Assembly (NCBI GenBank): GCA_963817525.1
Contig: CAWFOU010000007.1
Span: forward strand, 768,001 to 832,000
Reading direction: 5' to 3'
DNA: 64,000 nucleotides
Source: an uncultured archaeon
GTDB lineage: Archaea > Thermoproteota > Nitrososphaeria > Nitrososphaerales > Gagatemarchaeaceae
Shown here: positions 47,617 through 56,739 of the stretch, in pieces
Numbering within the stretch: position 1 is the first letter of the stretch
Layout of the letters: every line of letters starts with the position of its first letter
Made by a program: the position numbers and the translations under genes
Notes under the pieces: generated by a model
Told to the model about the DNA's origin: nothing
Database searches by the model: none
The model's input: only the letters and a program-made list of their open reading frames with translations

Positions 47617-48192
47617 TCAGGCCTGCTTGTTGCTCAGGGGGTTGAGCCTCCAGACAAAGCGCATGGACACGGCGTACGTCACAGGGTAGGAGAGGATCGC
47701 TCCCACGATGCTCCCGAAGATCGGCGACAGGGCAATCGCCGCGAGCAGGACGAGCTGGACCAACACGATTATGATATTCCCCAGCAGCTTGGCGAGCTGG
47801 TACTTGACCCACCTCATCGACCAGCTGGCGGTGGTCCTCGAGTCGAGCTTCGTGACCGTGACCCTCTCGTTCACCAGGAAGGCCACCGTGGAGCCCGCGC
47901 CGAGGGCGAGCGCGTCGAGCCCCAAGATCGTAGGGGAGTCCGAGATGCCTGGCACCCCGATGGCGTGGTAGAGGACGAAGACCCCGAGGATAAGTATCCC
48001 CTCGGCGAAAATGAACCCGAGCCCGGTCGCGATCGCGAACTTGATTATCCTGAGGACGGCGAACCTCTCGACGAACCCGGGACGGGAGCCCTCCGTGTTC
48101 AATGCGCCCCCTGAAGACTCGCCGGGAATAAGGGTTGGGTATGCAGGATTCTCCTCCTTTTTCGAGGTCAAGAGGAGATACCTGGATTCCAT
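47617..48192 (-). CDS. GtrA-like membrane protein
   Basis: IIKFAIATGLG...FLVNERVT...RFVW; start uncertain. Confidence 0.7.
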   Translation of the reverse strand: MESRYLLLTSKKEENPAYPTLIPGESSGGALNTEGSRPGFVERFAVLRIIKFAIATGLGFIFAEGILILGVFVLYHAIGVPGISDSPTILGLDALALGAGSTVAFLVNERVTVTKLDSRTTASWSMRWVKYQLAKLLGNIIIVLVQLVLLAAIALSPIFGSIVGAILSYPVTYAVSMRFVWRLNPLSNKQA

Positions 48193-48235
48193 AAACTCTT
48201 TACGCCTCCGGAGCCTCGCGCGGGCACGTGAGAGC

Positions 48236-48844
48236 GTGAAGGGCCTGGCGGCAGTCGTCATAGTGTTCTTCGTCGCCGTCGCCGGGGCGTCCGCCTATGG
48301 CATAGCCAGCTCCGTCGCCTACACGCCTCCCTCCGCGACCCCCCCGGCGACGAACCCGGGGGCGGCCGCTGCCGAGGGCCAAAACAGCAGCGGCGCGAGC
48401 CCGTCGTGCACGGAAAAGTTGGCGAAGACCGTCAATAGCCAAGGTTACGAGCTACAGACGTTCCTCCCCTCCACGTCGGCCAAGAAGGGCGACGTCGTGT
48501 GCATCAACGTCGTCCTCCTCAACATCTACGGGAGGAACCTGACCCTCGGGTCCCATTCGGGGTACGTCACGTCCTACAACATAACCGAGAGCGACGGCGC
48601 GGTGGTCTACCAAAAGTCCTGCACCACGACGCCGCCGGTGGTCTCCTCCGGAAATGCCTCCAACTCGGGAAGCCCGATAGGCTCCTGGAGCTGCGCCGGC
48701 TATTGGTCTACGGGCATGGCCTACGACGGGATGGTCCCGAGCGCCGGGACCTACGACGTCGTGGTGACCGCCTTCGTGCCGGAGATGGTGGGGCTGGCGC
48801 AGTGGGAGGTCGGCTCCACTACCACCATCACGCTCTCCGGCTGA
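48236..48844 (+). CDS. Secreted protein
   Basis: Signal/TM then Cys-containing beta domain (W.T...VPSAGTY). Confidence 0.7.
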   Translation: MKGLAAVVIVFFVAVAGASAYGIASSVAYTPPSATPPATNPGAAAAEGQNSSGASPSCTEKLAKTVNSQGYELQTFLPSTSAKKGDVVCINVVLLNIYGRNLTLGSHSGYVTSYNITESDGAVVYQKSCTTTPPVVSSGNASNSGSPIGSWSCAGYWSTGMAYDGMVPSAGTYDVVVTAFVPEMVGLAQWEVGSTTTITLSG

Positions 48845-48882
48845 GGCTCGAGCGCGCCGATCCTCGCCCGTCGGCTTGTTTA

Positions 48883-49542
48883 TTGCCGACCCCGCTCCAA
48901 GAGCGGCGAAGGACTGAGACCACGGCCTTCGCGAGCAGAGCGCTGACAGCGGTCCTGGTTGTCGTCATCTTGGCCATTGCCGGCGCGTTTGGGATATACT
49001 ACGCCAGCACGTCAGCCACCCTCTCCGCCCAGGGGCAGTCGATTTCCGCCCTCGAATCGACCGCCAGCTCTCTCGCGTCCCACCCCGTCACCTCGACCGC
49101 CACCAGCGTCTCTACGCAGACAGAAACGACCACCTCCGTCTCGACCACCCGGACTGTGATCGGGATCACAACCACCCAATTCCCGGGCCTGCCTTGGCCC
49201 AGCGCCATTTTCCTGACCTCTTCGGATGGGGGCTGCAACGGGATCTGTCTCACCACCAGCTTGAGCGGAGCGATCGTCTTCATCTGCCCTAACCCAATCA
49301 CGACGGCTACGCAAAGTTGCCCGGTCACCTTTTACAGCACCTTAGGCGAGGAAAACATGTCTATTGTCGTCACGTACCCCGAGTACAACCAGACCAACGA
49401 GATGCCCGTCGACAACTGCGAGTACGACGCCCATTGGCTTCCGAGCGGGACGCTTGTGGCCGCAGGCCAGGGCTACGATTTCTGCCTCCAGGTCGGGTCG
49501 AACGCGCTTGTGGTCGCGCAGCAGGCCCCTGGCCCAGTCTAA
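48883..49542 (+). CDS. Membrane-anchored Cys-rich secreted protein
   Basis: TM, T-rich linker, Cys domain similar to N-half of 10688-11737; start uncertain. Confidence 0.7.
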   Translation: MPTPLQERRRTETTAFASRALTAVLVVVILAIAGAFGIYYASTSATLSAQGQSISALESTASSLASHPVTSTATSVSTQTETTTSVSTTRTVIGITTTQFPGLPWPSAIFLTSSDGGCNGICLTTSLSGAIVFICPNPITTATQSCPVTFYSTLGEENMSIVVTYPEYNQTNEMPVDNCEYDAHWLPSGTLVAAGQGYDFCLQVGSNALVVAQQAPGPV

Positions 49543-49574
49543 TTATCCAAGACTGGCGCAGTTTATGGAAAAGA

Positions 49575-49714
49575 TGGTGGGGACGGCCGGACTTGAACCG
49601 ACGGATCACAGGTATCGCCGCTCCGATGGGAAATCATCCACGCAAGCGTGTCATCAAACTTTTTGTCGTTTGACCACTGGAGCCTGTTGCCATGCCTGTC
49701 TAGGCTACGTCCCC
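49575..49714 (-). tRNA. tRNA-Trp(CCA) with 63-nt canonical intron (49614-49676)
   Basis: GGGGACGTAGCCTAGACAGGCATGGCAACAGGCTCCAG|ACCTGTGATCCGTCGGTTCAAGTCCGGCCGTCCCCACCA. Confidence 0.93.
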
Positions 49715-49800
49715 CCATCGAGACCGCCGAGACAGGGCGGGGATTAAAAGCTCAACGCAGGCGTTACGAAGAATCTTCCGAAGGGCCCCTGATTTGATTG

Positions 49801-50298
49801 TCAGGAAGTCGCCGCAACCATGCATATCAGGATGGCTATCAGCAGCACCAGCCCTATCCCGGCCGATATCTTCAGCCTCATCGCGAGCCTCTGCAGACCG
49901 GGCGGCGGAGCTGTCTGATTCTTCACGAACTCTTTGGTGATACCGATGATCTTTCTTCCAGTGGGATACGCCACCCCGAAGAAGACCGCCCAAGTCACGA
50001 GCGAGAGGAAGGCTCCCGCCGAGATGAACATCCCGTACGTCGTGGTGGGGGCGAGCGCGCTCATGCCCCCGGGGGCTGAGAACACGGTGAGCAACCCCAG
50101 TATGGGCGTCAAGCCGACGAAGATCATCATGTATCGGAGTATCCTTGGCAGCATCTTGATCACGACCTCCCCGCTGGTCGCCGGGGTGAAGTCGCCGATC
50201 GTGGGCCCCACGACCACTGCGAAGAGCAGGACCCCACCGAACCAGCTCGCTCCGCTGAAAATGTGGAGGAAAAGCAGCGCTGTGTTTAGTGTGACCAC
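49801..50298 (-). CDS. Four-TM membrane protein (CopD/DUF4149-like)
   Basis: LFLHIFSGASWFGG motif, hydrophobic helices. Confidence 0.75.
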   Translation of the reverse strand: MVTLNTALLFLHIFSGASWFGGVLLFAVVVGPTIGDFTPATSGEVVIKMLPRILRYMMIFVGLTPILGLLTVFSAPGGMSALAPTTTYGMFISAGAFLSLVTWAVFFGVAYPTGRKIIGITKEFVKNQTAPPPGLQRLAMRLKISAGIGLVLLIAILICMVAATS

Positions 50299-50348
50299 GA
50301 GGACCTTCCGCCTTCTGAACTTATGAACCTATTCGGCTATCCGTCGCC

Positions 50349-50501
50349 TCAGACCAGCCTTGAGCCGCAGTTGGGACACGACTCTCCAAACTTGGCGCTG
50401 CAGCTCGGACAATAGTGCAAGCCGCAGCCCGTGCAGGTCCTGAAGCCAACCCCGAGCTTGTGGCAGCCCGCGCATCCCGCGGGGAAGCTGACCATCCCCA
50501 T
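50349..50501 (-). CDS. 50-aa four-CxxC zinc-finger protein
   Basis: Manual translation MGMVSFPAGCAGCHKLGVGFRTCTGCGLHYCPSCSAKFGESCPNCGSRLV. Confidence 0.75.
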   Translation of the reverse strand: MGMVSFPAGCAGCHKLGVGFRTCTGCGLHYCPSCSAKFGESCPNCGSRLV

Positions 50502-50548
50502 GGCCGGTGGCTGTAGCCCGCAGATGAAAACGCTTTCCGTCCGTCGCC

Positions 50549-51118
50549 TTAGTGGACTTCGGCCGAGAGCATGTCGATCTTCGTGACTATCCCATCAACC
50601 TTGTCGCCCGTCGCGACCAGGACCGCGGGTACGAACTTGAAGAGGGAGAACAGCGCCTCGATCGGCGTGTCCGTGCTCACTATCGGGAAGGGCGGCTGCA
50701 TCACGCTCGAGATGGGCTTGGAGAGGATGGTCCGCGGGTCGTCCAGCCCGCTGAGGAGGGCCACTATCTGGTTCTCGGTTATCGAGCCCGCCAGCTTGTT
50801 GCCGGAGTAGACAGGGATCTGCGAGATGTTGCTCTTCCTCATCAGGTTGATGCTCTCGGATATCGACACCGACGATTGGACGGAGACGACCGGGGACGAC
50901 ATTACGTCCGAGGCCTTCTTCCCCTCCATCCTGATGTGGGACCTGAGGGCCTCCGAGATGGACTTCATCGTGCTGAACGAAGGGTCTACGAGGCCTGACT
51001 CGAGCTTGGCGATGAGCGACTGGCTCACGCCCGCTGCCTTTGCGAGCTCTGATTGCGTGATCCCGAGCTGGACTCTAATCTTCTTGAGCTGCTTGGGGTC
51101 TATTGTGGAGACGGACAC
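50549..51118 (-). CDS. XRE-HTH plus CBS-pair regulator
   Basis: GITQSELAKAAGVSQSLIAKLE; two CBS repeats. Confidence 0.93.
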   Translation of the reverse strand: MSVSTIDPKQLKKIRVQLGITQSELAKAAGVSQSLIAKLESGLVDPSFSTMKSISEALRSHIRMEGKKASDVMSSPVVSVQSSVSISESINLMRKSNISQIPVYSGNKLAGSITENQIVALLSGLDDPRTILSKPISSVMQPPFPIVSTDTPIEALFSLFKFVPAVLVATGDKVDGIVTKIDMLSAEVH

Positions 51119-51164
51119 AAGGAACCCGTCTTGACATTCATATATGAATTTTTTGACGCCCCGT

Positions 51165-51440
51165 TTATGAGAGGTTTACGGGCTTCCCAGCCGTCAGCGT
51201 CTCCTTGGGAAGACGGTCCTTCCATTTGCTGAGGAACTCCATGTCCTCCCTCCTGCTGCGTAGCTCGTCGGGGAGCATCACCGGGATTTCGTCGATGATC
51301 GGGTAGAACCTGCCGCAGGCCTCGCAGAGAAGCGCCCCGTCCACCACGACGTCGGGCACCTTCGCGGAGAACTCGAGGAGCTGGAGCGGATAGTGCTTGT
51401 CGATCGGGCAAGCAAGGATGTCGAGGAGCTTTCGTCGCAT
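51165..51440 (-). CDS. trm112: Trm112-family methyltransferase activator
   Basis: LLDILACPIDK..LC..CGRFYPIIDEIPVMLPD. Confidence 0.92.
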   Translation of the reverse strand: MRRKLLDILACPIDKHYPLQLLEFSAKVPDVVVDGALLCEACGRFYPIIDEIPVMLPDELRSRREDMEFLSKWKDRLPKETLTAGKPVNLS

Positions 51441-51487
51441 TCGTTTTCCCCGGCCTCTCGGTTTGATATAACGCTTGCCGAGCGCCG

Positions 51488-52165
51488 CTAGCGCTTGTCT
51501 CCGGTGACGAGCGCGACGGCGAACCCGTCGTACCCCTTGCCGCTCACCGTCTGTATCACGGTCGCGCTGACCCGCGGGTCCTTGTGGATGAGCTCGACGA
51601 GGCGGCGCACTCCGACCACGTTGGGGTCTCGGCTCTTGGCGTCGACCACCTCGCCCTCGCGCACGACGTTGTCCACGACGATGAGGCTGCCGGGGCGCGA
51701 GAGCCTGAGGGCCCACTCGAAGTAGTCGGGATTGCTGGGCTTATCGGCATCTATGAACGTCAGGTCGAACGGGCCCTCGCGGGACGCGGCGAGCTTGGGG
51801 AAGGTCTCAAGCGCCGGTCCAAGGCGGACCTCGACAGTGTCGGAGAGCCCGGCCCGTTTGATGTTTGCGCGGGCGACCTTCGCCGCGTTGGGGTCGACCT
51901 CCAGCGAGAGCAGGCGGCCTCCAGCAGGCAGTGCGCTCGCCATCCAGATGGCGCTGTACCCGCCCAGTGTCCCTATCTCGAGGATCTTGCGCGCCCCCTG
52001 CACGCGGGCGAGGAGCCATAGCAACCTCCCCTGGCTGGGGGTGACGTTGATCGGGGGCAGGCCCGCCGAGGAGCTCGCCTTGAGCGCGGCGTCCATCGCG
52101 GGGTCCGCGGGTATGAGCAGCCCGTCAAAATACCGCTCGACCTCGGTCCACAGTTTCGTTGCCAT
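51488..52165 (-). CDS. Class I SAM O-methyltransferase
   Basis: ILEIGTLGGYS, FIDADK, DNVVR; ATG at 52165. Confidence 0.93.
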   Translation of the reverse strand: MATKLWTEVERYFDGLLIPADPAMDAALKASSSAGLPPINVTPSQGRLLWLLARVQGARKILEIGTLGGYSAIWMASALPAGGRLLSLEVDPNAAKVARANIKRAGLSDTVEVRLGPALETFPKLAASREGPFDLTFIDADKPSNPDYFEWALRLSRPGSLIVVDNVVREGEVVDAKSRDPNVVGVRRLVELIHKDPRVSATVIQTVSGKGYDGFAVALVTGDKR

Positions 52166-52209
52166 GCCCCGGAGGGCGCCTCCACGACATATATGGTTGG
52201 CCGTCCCGG

Positions 52210-53898
52210 CTAGCGGCTTGTCCGGCCCCAGTAGTGGCGCACCAAGGCCGCAGCCGCCAGCAGGACCATGATTATCCCGGTGAACATCACGGAGGCGGCG
52301 GCGACCGCTCCGAACACCGACGTGTCCGAGTTGTAGTATTGCAGCAGGAGGGTCGTGAACGTGGGCGTGGCCGCGGTAGCCAGGATCACGACGCCGCCCA
52401 GCTCGCGCATCGAGTCGATGAGCGTGTAGACGAAGCTGTTGAAGAGGCCCTCCTTGATCAGGGGCATGAGGATTCTCGTGAACGTCCTGGTGAACCTCGA
52501 CCCCGCGACCTGGGACGCGTCCTCCAGGTCGTTGGAGATCTGCACCATGTTCGACGAGACTATACGCGTCGAGAACGGGAGGCGTATGAAGACCAGGGCT
52601 ATCACGAGGGGCCATATGGTCCCGTAGAGCACGCTCAGGCCCGGGATGAGGAGGAACGTCCAGAAGAGGGCCACCCCGTAGACCACCCCTGGGAAGGCGA
52701 GGGGCACCGCCGAGATGAAATCCGCGAACCTCGCACCCCTCGTCCTGCTCTTGAGGGCCATGTAGGAGAGCAGGGCGCCGATCATCGTCGCCAGCGCCGC
52801 GGCTATGAGGCCGAACGACAGCGTCGTCCGCAGAGAGTCAAAGAGAAAAGGTATCTTGAGGGCGACGAGGTAGAAGGCAGGGAAGTTGACCTGGACGCTG
52901 TTGAGGTTGGAGGCGAATATCTTCGCGCTCGAGATGAAGACCAGGCCCCCGAACGGGAGGATGAACTCGAAGAACAGGATGGCGAAGCAGACCAGGGCGG
53001 CCAAGTACCTGTAGGAGCCTAGCCTCTGGAGCCGAGCCGTCGCTGACCGGCCAGTCACGACCTGGAACTTGAAGGACTGCCGGGTGGACAGGATGTAGGC
53101 GCTCACGCAGACGATGGTGATTGCCGCGTAGAGGACGCTGACGTCCCCCGCGCTCCCGTAAGCGGGAGGGATCCTCTGCTCCGCGTAGAAATAGACCTCG
53201 GTGGCGAGGAAGCGGAGGCCTCCAGGCTCCCCGAGGACGAAGGGGAACTCGAAGGCCCCGACCCCCCCGATTATCGCGAGGATGAAGGCCGACAGGACGG
53301 CGGGCCTTACGAGCGGGACGGTCACCCTCCCGAAGGTGCTGAGCACGCCCCTGCCGGATACCCTCGAGGCCTCCTCGAGCGACGAGTCGAACGACTTCAT
53401 CGCCGCCAGCGTGATGAGGTAGACTATCGGGACGTTCGTGAACGACTGGACGAATATCAGTCCGGCCATCGTCTCTATGTTGATCACCGGCGCGCCGGGG
53501 CCGAAAGCCAGCTTCAGCAGGGAGTTGATTACCCCCGAGTTGGGGTTCAGCATGAAGTCCCACGAAAAGGCCTTGAACAGCAGGGGGACGCTCAGGCCCA
53601 GGATGGGGAGAAGCTCGAGGACGCGCTTCCCGGGGACGTCGGTCCTGGCGACCAGCCAGGCGTAGGTCGTCGCGAATATGGTGGTGAAGATGGCGCTGAC
53701 TATGCTGAACTCGAGCGTGTTCTCAATCTCGTTGAGGGTGCTCGGGAGGGTGATGTAGCGCCAGAACGTGAAGGTTGACGTGCCCAGTAGAGGGAAGAAC
53801 GAGATCCCGACGACGAGGGCGAAGACGGGGATGACGAGGAGGATGAACACGACCAGGGATATGGCGAGCAGGGTCCTGGTCCCGTACACCCGGTCCAC
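52210..53898 (-). CDS. ABC transporter permease, Fe3+/thiamine (FbpB-like)
   Basis: Two EAA-type loops (SLEEASRVSG, DLEDASQVAG). Confidence 0.9.
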   Translation of the reverse strand: MDRVYGTRTLLAISLVVFILLVIPVFALVVGISFFPLLGTSTFTFWRYITLPSTLNEIENTLEFSIVSAIFTTIFATTYAWLVARTDVPGKRVLELLPILGLSVPLLFKAFSWDFMLNPNSGVINSLLKLAFGPGAPVINIETMAGLIFVQSFTNVPIVYLITLAAMKSFDSSLEEASRVSGRGVLSTFGRVTVPLVRPAVLSAFILAIIGGVGAFEFPFVLGEPGGLRFLATEVYFYAEQRIPPAYGSAGDVSVLYAAITIVCVSAYILSTRQSFKFQVVTGRSATARLQRLGSYRYLAALVCFAILFFEFILPFGGLVFISSAKIFASNLNSVQVNFPAFYLVALKIPFLFDSLRTTLSFGLIAAALATMIGALLSYMALKSRTRGARFADFISAVPLAFPGVVYGVALFWTFLLIPGLSVLYGTIWPLVIALVFIRLPFSTRIVSSNMVQISNDLEDASQVAGSRFTRTFTRILMPLIKEGLFNSFVYTLIDSMRELGGVVILATAATPTFTTLLLQYYNSDTSVFGAVAAASVMFTGIIMVLLAAAALVRHYWGRTSR

Positions 53899-53953
53899 CC
53901 GCTTCTACGCAGAGCGGCGGGTCCGTCGCCCATCAGGATAATGGGGCACGGAG

Positions 53954-55216
53954 TTAGTAGCCCAAGAAGATGTTCTCAAAGGTGTCGCTCCAGGACCCGG
54001 GGTTCCGGAAGAGTGTGGTGTTTGAATATGTCGAAAACGCGTCGACGAGCTTGTAGTCAGCCGGGAGGTATTGGAGGAGCGGCGCGCCGACCGCAGTCTG
54101 GTATGGGAGGTGGTTGGTCTCGTAGGTGGCCTGCTGTCCTTGCGGGGAGATCAACCAGGACTCGACGAGCTTCGCCATCGCGGGATGCGGCGCGTTGGTC
54201 GTTATCGCCACCACTCCCGGGGCATACACTAGGGGCTCGATGTCGACCAGCTTGAGAGGCGCGTTCGGGTCGCCCTTGAGCGCGGTCACGTAGCTGTCCA
54301 GCGTGTCGACCCCTATCGCCGCCTGCCCGTTGAGGACGTCCGACTCGGCCGTCCCCGCAGTGCCTGGGAGGTCGGGGTGGTTCTTTGAGATGCCCTGCAT
54401 GAGGCTCGTCCACTGGCCTGATGTGTTGCCCATCGTCTCGTAGAGGTAGTAGAACTCCGACCCCGTAATGTCTAGCGCCGCCGGATTTTGGAATGACAGC
54501 TTGTTGTTGTAGATGGGGTTGTCCAGGGCCGCCCAGCTGGTGGGGACCTCGTTGGCCGGCACGAGGGTCGGGTTGTAGATCATGAAGACGATTGCGAGGT
54601 CCGTGGTGACCCAGGCCGGGCCCACGGCGTCGGCCGTGTAGTTCATGAACTGCACCTCCGGGCTCGTGTAGTTCATGAGCGCGCCGCCCTGGTAGTCAGG
54701 GATCAGCGTGGCGAGGGCGCCCGTCACGAGGTCAGCGTAGACGTTGTGGGTCTGGTAGTTGGAAAGGATGTCCGTGGTCTCGTCCGAGGCCGAGAGGCTC
54801 GTATAGGTGACCTTGCCTGCGGCCCAAGGATACTGCTGGTCGAACAGAGGCCCATAGTACTCCGCCCAGTTGCCCGCGTCCTGCGTGGTGTAGATGGTGA
54901 GGCAATTCGCCTGCCCCGAGCACTCCGCCTGCGCCGCCGCAGCTAGGCTCGCCATCACGGCGGTCTGGTTCGCACCAGAAGAGGAACTGGAGGCCGCCGA
55001 GGAGCTGGATGAGCTGGACAGGGCGCTCGAGAAGATGCTGGAGGTCGCCGCGCTGCTACTGGTCAAGCTCGAAAAGGCCGAGCTGCTCGTGGAGGTGCTC
55101 GAGGCAGACGAGCTTGTGCCCGACAGGAAGTACCCGCCGACCCCGGCGATGGCAAAGGCGATGACGATAACCACCGCTGCGACGGCCGTCGAGATCCCTG
55201 TCCTCGAAGGGCGCAC
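53954..55216 (-). CDS. ABC substrate-binding protein, Fe3+/thiamine (FbpA/AfuA-like)
   Basis: YNPTLV..PTSW..L, APHPAMAKL...LISPQGQ; pilin-like signal and Ser linker. Confidence 0.88.
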   Translation of the reverse strand: MRPSRTGISTAVAAVVIVIAFAIAGVGGYFLSGTSSSASSTSTSSSAFSSLTSSSAATSSIFSSALSSSSSSSAASSSSSGANQTAVMASLAAAAQAECSGQANCLTIYTTQDAGNWAEYYGPLFDQQYPWAAGKVTYTSLSASDETTDILSNYQTHNVYADLVTGALATLIPDYQGGALMNYTSPEVQFMNYTADAVGPAWVTTDLAIVFMIYNPTLVPANEVPTSWAALDNPIYNNKLSFQNPAALDITGSEFYYLYETMGNTSGQWTSLMQGISKNHPDLPGTAGTAESDVLNGQAAIGVDTLDSYVTALKGDPNAPLKLVDIEPLVYAPGVVAITTNAPHPAMAKLVESWLISPQGQQATYETNHLPYQTAVGAPLLQYLPADYKLVDAFSTYSNTTLFRNPGSWSDTFENIFLGY

Positions 55217-55302
55217 GGCTCAAGACCCCCCGCGACGAGGATTCATGCCGGCCAAACCGCGCTCGAAGATACTTAACTCTTGGGCTGGAATCTGTCCCCA
55301 CC

Positions 55303-56247
55303 TCAACCCGTGACGTTTACCGTTCCTTTCATTCCCGAGTAGATGTTGCAGATGTACGTGAACGTGCCGGGGGTGTTGAACGTATAGCTGAACACGCTGC
55401 AGGCGTCCGGCCCAAACGAGTCGATCACGCAAGGGTTGAGCACCGGGGACGTCACGCTGATGTTGTTGAAGACCACGTTATACTGCCCGTCCGCCGCGTC
55501 GGTGGAGGTGTCTATCCAATAGACCGTCGAGCCCGCCGTGACGTTGAGGTCGCCCGGGAAGAACGTGTTGAGGTTGACCGTGACCAAGTATTTGACCACC
55601 TGGACGTTGAACGAGTAGCTCGATGAAAATGTCCCAGACGACGAGTCGATCGTGAAGGCGTAGAGGCCGGGCGTGACGCTGGATGCCGCGTTTATCACCA
55701 GCTCCAAGCTCGTCGGGAAGCCGACCTCGACTTCGGTGTAGATCGTGCTGGTCGTCAGGTTGCTCCCAAAGAAGTGAAGGTCAAAGCCGCTGGGTGCCGT
55801 GGCGTTCACGGCGACCAACTCGTCGCCGGCTCCCACGTTCAGGCCCGCACCAGCGCCTTCGGCGGTGCTGGGGAGCGGCGTGATGATGAAGTTAGGGTAG
55901 ATGATCGTGTAATTCGCCGTCATCAATATCGTCCCCGGACCGCTGGAGACGGTGAAGTTGAAGAACGGGGGCGCCGCCGGAGGTGGGGTCTGGGTCGTGT
56001 TAAGGCTGGCAGAGCTCGACGCGACGGAGGACGTCGATGTGGCGCTCGAGGACGCAGTGACGCTCGACTGCGAGGTCGTGCTGGTCGCGGAGGTACTGGG
56101 CGTGGTCGTGCTGGTCACGCTAGTGGTCGTTGACTTGGACCCCTTTGGGACGGAGAACCCAACAACACCTCCTATGACTATGACGACAATGACGATGACC
56201 GCGAACGCCGTCGTGCTCAGACCCGGACGGCCGTTCCTGGGGGACAC
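55303..56247 (-). CDS. Membrane-anchored protein with C-terminal cupredoxin-like domain
   Basis: FFPGDLNVTAGSTVYW...FSYTFNTPGTFTYICNIYSGMKGTVNV; GTG 56247 with GGAGG SD. Confidence 0.8.
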   Translation of the reverse strand: MSPRNGRPGLSTTAFAVIVIVVIVIGGVVGFSVPKGSKSTTTSVTSTTTPSTSATSTTSQSSVTASSSATSTSSVASSSASLNTTQTPPPAAPPFFNFTVSSGPGTILMTANYTIIYPNFIITPLPSTAEGAGAGLNVGAGDELVAVNATAPSGFDLHFFGSNLTTSTIYTEVEVGFPTSLELVINAASSVTPGLYAFTIDSSSGTFSSSYSFNVQVVKYLVTVNLNTFFPGDLNVTAGSTVYWIDTSTDAADGQYNVVFNNISVTSPVLNPCVIDSFGPDACSVFSYTFNTPGTFTYICNIYSGMKGTVNVTG

Positions 56248-56401
56248 GATTCTTCCTCCACGTCTGGCCGCACTGTCTCTCTTAACCGTTCCGAGTGCGC
56301 GCCGGGAGCTCGGGTAGAGCATCCACCACCCCCTTGCAAAGCTAGGGAAGGCGTGGCGACTCACTGGGAAAGGGTTAAATTGCCTTGCGCGTGAGCGAGT
56401 C

Positions 56402-56520
56402 TCAGCCGGCCATAGCGTGTGGGTCCGACCTGGACTCGTCCGATCCCAGAAGTCAAACCACATGTCGTCACTGTGTTAGTGAGGTGCGAGAGCTCTCGTG
56501 AAGCAGTGATGTCGGCACCC
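56402..56520 (+). rRNA. rrf: 5S rRNA (stand-alone)
   Basis: GCCGGCCATAGC...GGACTCGTCCGATCCCAGAAGTCAAACC...GCGAGAGC...GTCGGC; TTAAAT box at ~56375; ends approximate. Confidence 0.9.
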
Positions 56521-56739
56521 ATTCATCCACCACCTACCCTGTTTTCCTCGAATATTCTTTTCTTGTATTCCCGGAGCCCTAGAGACCATCCAGGCATAGA
56601 ATCCTATACCGTAAGCGTATTTGAGCACACATGAGCCTAAGTGCAGGCGCCTATTTCTCTCCAAAACGCTTTGATTCCCGTCGAAGTCGAATTCGGTAAA
56701 ATGTTTAAGTCCAGGCCCTAGGGGCGTGTTGTTTACCCA

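Noticed and set aside
47617-49575. Integrated element at tRNA-Trp 3' end
   Set aside because: No att duplicate or integrase seen.
56248-56700. ORFs spanning 5S rRNA and the AT-rich stretch after it
   Set aside because: Overlap rRNA; no motif or duplicated 5S end found.
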